Part shown: piece by piece, positions 23,288-30,263 of the stretch
Layout: the number at the start of each line of letters is the position of its first letter
Position numbering within the stretch: the stretch's first letter is position 1
Assembly: GCA_040752355.1 (NCBI GenBank)
Contig: JBFMHE010000006.1
Location: 76,721-108,720 of the forward strand
DNA: 32,000 bases
From: Nitrospirota bacterium
GTDB taxonomy: Bacteria > Nitrospirota > Thermodesulfovibrionia > Thermodesulfovibrionales > Dissulfurispiraceae
Direction of reading: 5' to 3'
The notes under the pieces: model-generated
What the model saw: only the letters and a program-made list of their open reading frames with translations
Told to the model about the DNA's origin: nothing
The model's database searches: none
Translations under genes and position numbers: made by a program

Positions 23288-23689
23288 ATGAACAAGACAA
23301 GAGAGAGGGGGCTCAAGCTGACGCCGCAGCGGATGGCGATTTTCGACTATCTCAGGGACAATACCGACCACCCTTCGGCAGAGGACGTTTATGCCGCGGT
23401 CTCGAAGAGGTTCCCGACCATGTCCTTTGCGACGGTCTACAATACGCTCGAGACATTGCGGAAGAGGGGAGAGGTGCTGGAGCTCACGATCGATGCGGAC
23501 AGGAAGCGCTTCGACCCGAACACGCATCCGCACCACCATCTTATCTGCATACACTGCAAACGGATCGTGGATATCCATAGCGAGTTCGAGCTCTCCCTCT
23601 CCGGCAAGGACAGGGCCGATTTCGAGGTAGTCGGCAACCATGTGGAGTTTTACGGCGTATGCGGCAATTGCAGGAAAAAGAAGAGTTAG
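23288..23689 (+). CDS. Fur-family metalloregulator, PerR-like by context
   Basis: LKLTPQRMAIFDYL...HPSAEDVY is a winged helix. HHHLICIHCKRIVD and CGNC supply the structural Zn CxxC pairs. It is followed by peroxide and oxygen detoxification genes. The ATG at 23288 lies 6 nt after GAGG; the track uses the GTG at 23282. Confidence 0.8.
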   Translation: MNKTRERGLKLTPQRMAIFDYLRDNTDHPSAEDVYAAVSKRFPTMSFATVYNTLETLRKRGEVLELTIDADRKRFDPNTHPHHHLICIHCKRIVDIHSEFELSLSGKDRADFEVVGNHVEFYGVCGNCRKKKS

Positions 23690-23782
23690 CTTTTATCGGC
23701 GATTTTTTTCCTGTAGAATTTTTATTAGGGTTTAAGGAGTCCTTGGCTCCTGATTGCATACCATCGGAAGAGGTCTATCATT

Positions 23783-24391
23783 ATGGAACACGTATGCTGC
23801 GGATTGAGAGTGGGACAGACGGCGCCGGACTTCACGATCGAGACCTTCGAGCCTACCCGGGGGGATTTCGGCGAGAGGAGCCTCGCGGAACAGAAGAAGG
23901 CGGGGAAGTGGACTATTCTCTTTTTCTATCCCGCTGATTTCACCTTTGTCTGAGCGACCGAATTCGCTGATCTGGCGGATCAGTACGAAAACATCAAGGC
24001 AGCGAACGCCGAGTTGATCACGGTGAGCACCGATACGAAATTCGTTCACCTCGCCTGGAAGACGAGCGAAAAGCTCCTCGAGAAGGTTAAGTACCCCATG
24101 GGAGCGGACCCGACCGGCAGGCTCTCGCGGCTTTTCGGCATTTATGACGAAGAGACCGGGCTGGCGCTCAGGGGAACGTTCCTCATCAGCCCCGACGGCA
24201 AGCTCCTCGGCTCGGAAGTCAACTTCTACAATGTGGGAAGGAATTCCGAGGAGCTACTCCGGAAGCTGCAGGCGAGCGACTATCTCAGGGGAGCCCCTGA
24301 AGAGGCCTGCCCCGCCCGGTGGACCAAGGGAGAAAAAACGCTGAAGCCGTCTGCCGAGATGGTCGGCAAGGTGTATGAGGCCCTGCAGTAG
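23783..24391 (+). CDS. Typical 2-Cys peroxiredoxin (AhpC/Prx1 type) with selenocysteine (UGA at 23951-23953) at the peroxidatic position
   Basis: Own translation in one frame gives MEHVCCGLRVGQTAPDFTIETFEP...KWTILFFYPADFTFV-[TGA]-ATEFADLADQYENIKAANAELITVSTDTKFVHLAWK...EEACPARWTKGEKTLKP. The TGA replaces the Cys of the universal DFTFVCPTE motif. The resolving Cys is in the VCPA.W-like motif. The ORF track shows only the C-terminal half (24014-24391). Confidence 0.75.
23963..23989 (+). promoter_or_regulatory. SECIS-like hairpin downstream of the in-frame UGA
   Basis: TTCGCTGATC (23963-72), loop TGGCG (23973-77), then GATCAG-TA-CGAA (23978-89). This gives a 10-bp stem with a 2-nt bulge. The stem starts 9 nt after the UGA and the G-containing apical loop starts 19 nt after it. 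Confidence 0.55.
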
Positions 24392-24524
24392 GCCGGCCGC
24401 TCATAGAGCAACAACTATCATAGCGAGGGTGTCATGGTTCAGGGGATTTCATTGCCTGAAAAGGGAGCTTTCAGCTCCGATTTAAACGGGTCGATGCTTA
24501 TCTCATTCGATCGAGGAGGATGTC

Positions 24525-24968
24525 ATGTGCGTTGCGTGTGAACGAAGGTGCAGGTGCGGCAGCCGGTCTGCGAGCTTTCATTTCAAGGACAATGTCCTGT
24601 CGGACCGGGTCGTGCGGGAGCTCTACTGCCCCTCCTGCTCGCCGGGGATAACCGTGGACCCGGCGAGCATGGTCGCCGATAACGGGTGGGTGATCGAGCT
24701 CGATATGGAGGTCGCGGCATTCATGGGGCGCTGCCTTCCTTTTCCGGCGCTCACGCCGGATATCCTCTTCGATGAGGGCTACTGCAGCTGGAACGGCATG
24801 TATCCCGGCGACCATATCGACTGCATCAGGGAGCGGGAAGCCATTGTACCCCTCGCGAAGTCGGACCCTGCACGATACCTCAAAGAGATGAGGTTGTGGG
24901 CGACGCAAAGAAATGATAGACTCTCTGCTGAAGGATGGAGAAAGGCGCGGAAGCCGACTGCGGTATAG
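24525..24968 (+). CDS. Cys-rich hypothetical protein (147 aa)
   Basis: GAGGAGG SD 5 nt before the ATG. The N-terminal MCVACERRCRCG ... CPSC resembles a zinc-ribbon-type arrangement. 9 Cys in total. No family recognised. Confidence 0.5.
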   Translation: MCVACERRCRCGSRSASFHFKDNVLSDRVVRELYCPSCSPGITVDPASMVADNGWVIELDMEVAAFMGRCLPFPALTPDILFDEGYCSWNGMYPGDHIDCIREREAIVPLAKSDPARYLKEMRLWATQRNDRLSAEGWRKARKPTAV

Positions 24969-25056
24969 ATGAGAGGAGCGGCTCCTGGCCGGCACACAGC
25001 GCGGTCCGTCCGGGAGGGATGCTCGTCATTACTAACTATGAACGGAGGTTGAGGGG

Positions 25057-26271
25057 ATGAAGGCAGTAGAGATCAAGAACGGAATCTACTGGGTCGGCGC
25101 GATCGACTGGGCGGTGAGGGACTTCCACGGGTACGAGACGCCCCGCGGCACGACCTACAACAACTATCTCGTCATGGACGACGAGATCACTCTGATCGAT
25201 ACGGTGAAGCACGACTTCGCCGAGGTGATGCTCAAGAACATCCGGAGCATCGTCGACCCGTCGAAGATCAGGCATATGGTGGTGAACCATATCGAGAACG
25301 ATCATGTGACGAGTCTCGGCCGCATCATGGAGCTCATTCCCCACGCCACGGTTTACATAACCGAAAAGGGCAGGAAAGGGCTCGAAAAGTTCTTCGATAT
25401 CGCCAAATGGAACATGAAGGTCGTCAAGAGCGGCGATACGCTCACGATCGGCAAGAGGACGCTCCTCTTTCTCGAGACCCCCATGCTCCACTGGCCCGAC
25501 TCGATGATGACCTACATAAAAGAGGACAAGCTCCTCATCAGCCAGGACGGCTTCGGCCAGCATATCGCCTCCGCCGTCCGCTTCGACGACGAGTTCGTCA
25601 CCTGCGAATCGATGGCCGAGCTCGAGGACGCCGTGATCGATTACTACGCCAATATCCTGATGCCCTTCGGCCAGCTCATCAAGACGAAGGTGGCCGAGAT
25701 CCAGAAGCTCGGCCTCGAGATCGATATGATCGCGCCCGACCACGGCGTCATCTGGAGGGCGAACCCCGGGAAAGTGCTCCAGATGTATCTCGATATGGCG
25801 GGCGGCAGGGCGGCCCGCTGTGTCTCGATCATCTACGATACGATGTGGCACAGCACGGAGCAGATGACCTCTCCCATCATGCAGGGCGTAAAGGACGAGG
25901 GCTGCGACTGCAAGGTGATCAAGCTGAGGGCCACCCCGATGAGCGTCGCGATCAAGGAGTTCTGGAAGGCCCGGGGCTGCCTCGTCGGCACGCCGACGCT
26001 GAACAACATCATGTACCCCTCGGTCGCCGAGTTCCTTACGCATTTGCGGGGCCTCCGTCCGAAGAACAGGATCGTCGGCGCCTTCGGGAGCTACGGCTGG
26101 GGAGGCGGCGCCGTGAAGGAGGCGTACGAGGAGTTCAAGAGGATGGGCCTCGAGACCTTCGATCAGGGCCTGCAGGTCCTCTACCGCCCCTCGGCAGAGG
26201 ATGAGGCGAAGTGCTACGATTTCGGAAGGGCGTTTGCGCGGACAATGAAGGAATACCACGAGAAATTCTAA
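25057..26271 (+). CDS. Flavodiiron protein (FprA / rubredoxin:oxygen oxidoreductase class A)
   Basis: The metallo-beta-lactamase-like N-domain carries the diiron ligand motif NHIENDH, plus HWPDSMMTY. The C-terminal domain is flavodoxin-like (SIIYDTMWHSTEQM, GSYGWGGGA). 404 aa. Confidence 0.85.
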   Translation: MKAVEIKNGIYWVGAIDWAVRDFHGYETPRGTTYNNYLVMDDEITLIDTVKHDFAEVMLKNIRSIVDPSKIRHMVVNHIENDHVTSLGRIMELIPHATVYITEKGRKGLEKFFDIAKWNMKVVKSGDTLTIGKRTLLFLETPMLHWPDSMMTYIKEDKLLISQDGFGQHIASAVRFDDEFVTCESMAELEDAVIDYYANILMPFGQLIKTKVAEIQKLGLEIDMIAPDHGVIWRANPGKVLQMYLDMAGGRAARCVSIIYDTMWHSTEQMTSPIMQGVKDEGCDCKVIKLRATPMSVAIKEFWKARGCLVGTPTLNNIMYPSVAEFLTHLRGLRPKNRIVGAFGSYGWGGGAVKEAYEEFKRMGLETFDQGLQVLYRPSAEDEAKCYDFGRAFARTMKEYHEKF

Positions 26272-26299
26272 CGATCGGATAAAACTGGCAGGAGGATTC

Positions 26300-26794
26300 A
26301 TGGGAACAGCGATGAACGATTTAATGGCGGCATTCGCCGGGGAGAGCCAGGCGAACAGGAAGTATCTCGCCTTTGCGAAGAAGGCGGAGCAGGAAGGCTT
26401 TAAGCAGGCTGCCAAGCTCTTCAGGGCTGCTGCCGAGGCGGAGACGATTCATGCCCACAACCACCTGAGGGAGGCGGGTGGCATCAAGAGCACGCGGGAG
26501 AACCTCGAGGCTGCCATCAACGGCGAGGTCTACGAGTTCGAGAAGATGTACCCCGAGATGATCAAGGATGCCGAGAGAGAGGGCAATAAAGGAGCGCTCC
26601 GCTCGTTCACGTTTGCGAACGAGGTCGAGAAGGTCCATGCAGCGCTCTACAAGAAGGCGCTCGAGAGCCTCGGCAGCGCTGCCGAGACCGACTACTACGT
26701 ATGCGGCGTCTGCGGCCATACCGTGGAAGACGAGGCGCCCGACACCTGCCCGGTCTGCGGCGCGAAAAAGCAGGCATTCAAAAAAGTGGACTAG
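26300..26794 (+). CDS. rbr: Rubrerythrin
   Basis: The N-terminal ferritin-like diiron domain has AGESQANRKY and EAETIHAHNH / NGEVYE..MY / EVEKVHAALY. The C-terminal rubredoxin-like domain has CGVCGH...CPVCGA. AGGAGG SD present. Confidence 0.9.
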   Translation: MGTAMNDLMAAFAGESQANRKYLAFAKKAEQEGFKQAAKLFRAAAEAETIHAHNHLREAGGIKSTRENLEAAINGEVYEFEKMYPEMIKDAEREGNKGALRSFTFANEVEKVHAALYKKALESLGSAAETDYYVCGVCGHTVEDEAPDTCPVCGAKKQAFKKVD

Positions 26795-26852
26795 ACATTC
26801 CATGCCGGGGGAGCAGCAGGCGAGGCGAACCATTTCCCTGAAAGGAGTTTTT

Positions 26853-28394
26853 ATGAGACCGGCACTTAAACAGATTTTTCCGTTCCTGGCATCACTGTTT
26901 CTCTTGTCCCTGTTCCCGCTCTCGGGCGGTGCGGCAGGAGCTGCAGAGATGAAGGGCGATGCCGCCCCGCTGAGCCCCCAGACCCAGGCATGTATCGACT
27001 GCCACAAGACGTATACCCCCGGGATCGTCCATGACTGGCTCTCGAGCAGACACGCGAAGACGACCCCTGACGCTGCGCTGAAGAAGCCGGCCCTGCAGCG
27101 GAGGATCTCCGCTGCAAAAGTGCCGGACGACCTCTCCCCGTACGCGGTCGGCTGCTATGAGTGCCACAGCAGGAATATCGAAAAGCATAAAGACAGCTTC
27201 GACCACATGGGCTACCGGATCAACGTGATCGTCAGTCCCCATGACTGCAAGACCTGCCACCCCGTCGAGGCCGACCAGTTTGCCGGGACCAAAAAGGCGC
27301 ATGCAGTCAAAAACCTCATGAGCAATCCTGTTTATCACTCTCTGGTAAGCACGATTACCGGCGTCAAGGAGATCAAGGACGGGAAGATCTCGGCGAAAGA
27401 GCCTTCGAACGCGGCGCTCATGGACTCCTGCCTCGGCTGTCATGGGACAAAGGTCGAAACCAAAGGTATGAAAAAGGTCTTCACCAGGATGGGCGTCGTG
27501 GAAGTGCCTGAGCTCACCAATTGGCCCAACGAGGGCGTCGGCAGGGAGAACCCCGACGGCAGCCTCGGCTCCTGCTCATCGTGCCATGCGCGCCATTCCT
27601 TCTCGATCGAGACAGCGAGAAAGCCCTACACGTGCGGCCAGTGCCATCTGGAGCCCGATGTCCCCGCCTACAACGTCTACAAAGAGAGCAAACACGGCAA
27701 TATCTTCGAATCGAAGTACCACGAGTGGGATTTCAGCGCCGTGCCCTGGACCGTGGGAAAGGACTTCACCGCGCCGACCTGCTCCACCTGCCACAACAGC
27801 CTCATCGTTTCACCGAGCGGCGACGTGCTGGCCGAGCGGAGCCATGATTTCGGCGCGCGCTTGTGGGTGAGGATATTCGGCCTCATTTACAGCCACCCCC
27901 AGCCGAAATCGGGAAATACGACTCTTATAAAGAATAAAGACGGCCTGCCGCTGCCCACGACCTTTGCCGGAGAGCCGGCAACCGAACACCTTATCACCGC
28001 GTCGGAGCAGGAGAAGCGGCAGGGAGTGATGAAAGGTGTCTGCAACGGGTGCCACGGCACCAACTGGATCAACGGCCATTTTGCAAAGTTCGACACCACG
28101 GTGCAGGAGACCGACGCCATGGTGCGCGCAGCTACCGCTCTCATGTCCGATGCATGGAACAGCAAGATCGAGGAGCCGACCAATCCGTTCGATGAGGGGA
28201 TCGAGGAGATGTGGATAAAGCAGTGGCTCTTCTACGCAAATACCGTGCGGTATTCCTCTGCCATGACCGGCGCGCCGGACTATGGCGCCTTCAAGCTCGG
28301 CTGGTGGGAGATGACCAACAATCTGAGAAACATGAAAGACCTCATAAATCTTAAGAAAGCAGTCAAGTCCCTCAGCGAGAAAGAGGCAAGATGA
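26853..28394 (+). CDS. Secreted octaheme c-type cytochrome, hydroxylamine-oxidoreductase (HAO)-like family
   Basis: Signal peptide MRPALKQIFPFLASLFLLSLFPLSGGAAGAAE. Eight CxxCH motifs: CIDCH, CYECH, CKTCH, CLGCH, CSSCH, CGQCH, CSTCH, CNGCH. The CGQCHLEPDVPAYNVYKESKHG block resembles HAO-family proteins. AAAGGAG SD precedes the ATG at 26853. The track start at 26568 overlaps rbr. Confidence 0.7.
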   Translation: MRPALKQIFPFLASLFLLSLFPLSGGAAGAAEMKGDAAPLSPQTQACIDCHKTYTPGIVHDWLSSRHAKTTPDAALKKPALQRRISAAKVPDDLSPYAVGCYECHSRNIEKHKDSFDHMGYRINVIVSPHDCKTCHPVEADQFAGTKKAHAVKNLMSNPVYHSLVSTITGVKEIKDGKISAKEPSNAALMDSCLGCHGTKVETKGMKKVFTRMGVVEVPELTNWPNEGVGRENPDGSLGSCSSCHARHSFSIETARKPYTCGQCHLEPDVPAYNVYKESKHGNIFESKYHEWDFSAVPWTVGKDFTAPTCSTCHNSLIVSPSGDVLAERSHDFGARLWVRIFGLIYSHPQPKSGNTTLIKNKDGLPLPTTFAGEPATEHLITASEQEKRQGVMKGVCNGCHGTNWINGHFAKFDTTVQETDAMVRAATALMSDAWNSKIEEPTNPFDEGIEEMWIKQWLFYANTVRYSSAMTGAPDYGAFKLGWWEMTNNLRNMKDLINLKKAVKSLSEKEAR

Positions 28395-28963
28395 AAGTCG
28401 CCGCGTTCCAGGGCAGTCCGCGCATCGAGGGGAACACGGACCTCCTGCTGCGCGGGGCGGTGCGCGCCATAGACGAGGCCGGGCACGAGATACAGCTCTT
28501 CAAGCTCAATTACATGAACATCAAGCCCTGCCAGAACTGCGGGGGCTGCGATAAGACCGGGCAGTGTATCGTCAAAGACGATATGGAAGAGATTTATCAG
28601 GCGATACGGGAGGCAGACAGGATCATCCTCGCCTCCCCTATCTTCTTTTTCGGCGTCAGCGCGCAGGCGAAGATGATGATCGACCGGTGCCAGGCCTTCT
28701 GGTGCGAGAAGTATCTGCTGAAGAGAGAGATCCCCGCAGGCCCCGCGGGAAGAAAGGGGCTCCTGCTGCTGGTGGGCGGCATGAAAAAAGAGATCGGCAT
28801 TCAATGCTCGGAAGCCACGGCAAAGGCTTTCTTCAGGACCATCAGTGTTCCCGGGCATGAAACACTAGGCTATCTGGAAGTAGATGCAAAAGGAGACATC
28901 CTCAAACACCCGACCGCATTACGCGACGCCTATGAGGCGGGAAAGAGACTCATCACGTCATAA
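28391..28963 (+). CDS. Iron-sulfur flavoprotein (Isf) / NADPH-dependent FMN reductase-like
   Basis: MKVAAFQGSPRIEGNT is a flavodoxin-like FMN site. The compact Cys cluster PCQNCGGCDKTGQC is as in Isf-type [4Fe-4S] flavoproteins, followed by ASPIFFFGVSAQ. ATGA overlap with the cytochrome stop (28391-28394). Confidence 0.7.
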   Translation: MKVAAFQGSPRIEGNTDLLLRGAVRAIDEAGHEIQLFKLNYMNIKPCQNCGGCDKTGQCIVKDDMEEIYQAIREADRIILASPIFFFGVSAQAKMMIDRCQAFWCEKYLLKREIPAGPAGRKGLLLLVGGMKKEIGIQCSEATAKAFFRTISVPGHETLGYLEVDAKGDILKHPTALRDAYEAGKRLITS

Positions 28964-28979
28964 TACCGAGGAGGAGAAC

Positions 28980-29312
28980 ATGACCGTGCAGCCAGGACAG
29001 TTACCGGAGCAGTACAAGAGCATCAAGAAGAGGTTCAGTAAATATTTCAAGGCGCTCGAGAATTTCGGCAAAGCAGCGCGCGAGGCAGGGCCGATCGACG
29101 ACAAGACCGCCCATCTCATTCAACTGGCGGCTGCTGCCGCCGTATGGTCGCAGGGCTCTGTCCACTCCCATGCGCGGAGGGCGCTCGAAGCCGGAGCCAC
29201 GCCCGATGAGCTGCACCACGCCATCATCCTGATCTCGAGCACTGTGGGCTTCCCCAATGTGTCTGCGGCATTGAGCTGGGTCGACGACCTCCTGCGGCAC
29301 CACAAGGGCTGA
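28980..29312 (+). CDS. Carboxymuconolactone decarboxylase (CMD/AhpD-like) family protein lacking the CxxC motif
   Basis: IDDKTAHLIQLAAAAAVWSQGSVHSHARRALEAGATPDELHHAIIL follows the CMD-family helix pattern, but Ser occupies both positions of the usual CxxCxxxH. GAGGAGGAG SD precedes the ATG at 28980. 110 aa. Confidence 0.6.
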   Translation: MTVQPGQLPEQYKSIKKRFSKYFKALENFGKAAREAGPIDDKTAHLIQLAAAAAVWSQGSVHSHARRALEAGATPDELHHAIILISSTVGFPNVSAALSWVDDLLRHHKG

Positions 29313-30263
29313 TTGACTCCCCCGTCTCCCGGGTATATCCAGCTCTTCCCGACGCTGCACTGCAACCAGCAGTGCAGCTTCTGTTTCAACCGCGGCATCA
29401 CCCGACAGCCCGGCGGCCTTACTGCCGCCGGGCTCGAGCAGCTCGTCCGGCGCATTGCAGAGGCGGGCATTCCCGCGCTCGATATCCTCGGCGGAGAGCC
29501 GACGCTCCATCGCGACCTCTACGGACTGCTCGGCAGCGCGGTCGAATACGGACTGCGCGTCACTATGAGCACGAACGGCTCCGACCCGGCAGCGCTCCGG
29601 AGGATCAGGCACTCCTTCGGAGACAGCGTCGCCATAGGGATATCGCTCAACGGCGAGCCCGTGAGCGCCGGGCTCCACGACTTCATCGTTGCGTACCGCC
29701 CCCTGCTCAAGAGTCTGTATGAGCCGCGGTCGCGGCTGCTCCGGCAGCGCCTGCGGGCGTATGCCGGTCTGGCCGGCACAACCTACTATCTCCTCTACCG
29801 GGACGCGCTCACCTCCGAGGACCTCGGTCGCAGTATTCCTCTTCCGCGCTTTCTGGACGCCGCACGCTCGCTCCGGAAGCGCTACGCGGGTATCGATACC
29901 GTCTATTGCTCGGGCTTTATCCCCAATGCAACGGATCACTCTCTTACGGAAAGCGCCAGATGCCCTGCGGGATCCGCGAAGCTCTCGGTGATGCCCGACG
30001 GCTCCGTTTATCCCTGCTACCTTCTTTTCAGGCATAAGGAGTTCATGCTCGGCAACATACTGACGGACGATATCGCCGGCATCCTGGCGCATCCGGCGCT
30101 CGACTGGTTCAGGACCTTTGCCGGGAACCGCTGCCCGGACACCGGCTGCAGGCTCTTCTCGCGATGCCGCGGGGGATGCCCTGCCGTCAGCCTCCTCGTC
30201 TGTAGCGACCTCACCGCCCCCGACCCCCGCTGCATCCGTCCGGCTATCGGTGGAGGGCGATGA
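29313..30263 (+). CDS. Radical SAM enzyme with a full C-terminal SPASM domain
   Basis: CxxxCxxC is in [15 protein letters not shown], followed by GGEPTL. SPASM cysteines are [19 protein letters not shown] ... [16 protein letters not shown] ... C. The only available start before the cluster motif is TTG at 29313, immediately after the CMD stop and in the same frame. Confidence 0.75.
   Translation: MTPPSPGYIQLFPTLHCNQQCSFCFNRGITRQPGGLTAAGLEQLVRRIAEAGIPALDILGGEPTLHRDLYGLLGSAVEYGLRVTMSTNGSDPAALRRIRHSFGDSVAIGISLNGEPVSAGLHDFIVAYRPLLKSLYEPRSRLLRQRLRAYAGLAGTTYYLLYRDALTSEDLGRSIPLPRFLDAARSLRKRYAGIDTVYCSGFIPNATDHSLTESARCPAGSAKLSVMPDGSVYPCYLLFRHKEFMLGNILTDDIAGILAHPALDWFRTFAGNRCPDTGCRLFSRCRGGCPAVSLLVCSDLTAPDPRCIRPAIGGGR

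Noticed and set aside
29310-29312. TGA between the CMD-like and rSAM/SPASM ORFs as a selenocysteine codon.
   Set aside because: There is no SECIS-like hairpin in the expected window. The only strong hairpin starts 41 nt downstream and has a G-less AACCA loop. The position is not a known redox-motif site. It is kept as a low-probability alternative in the findings.
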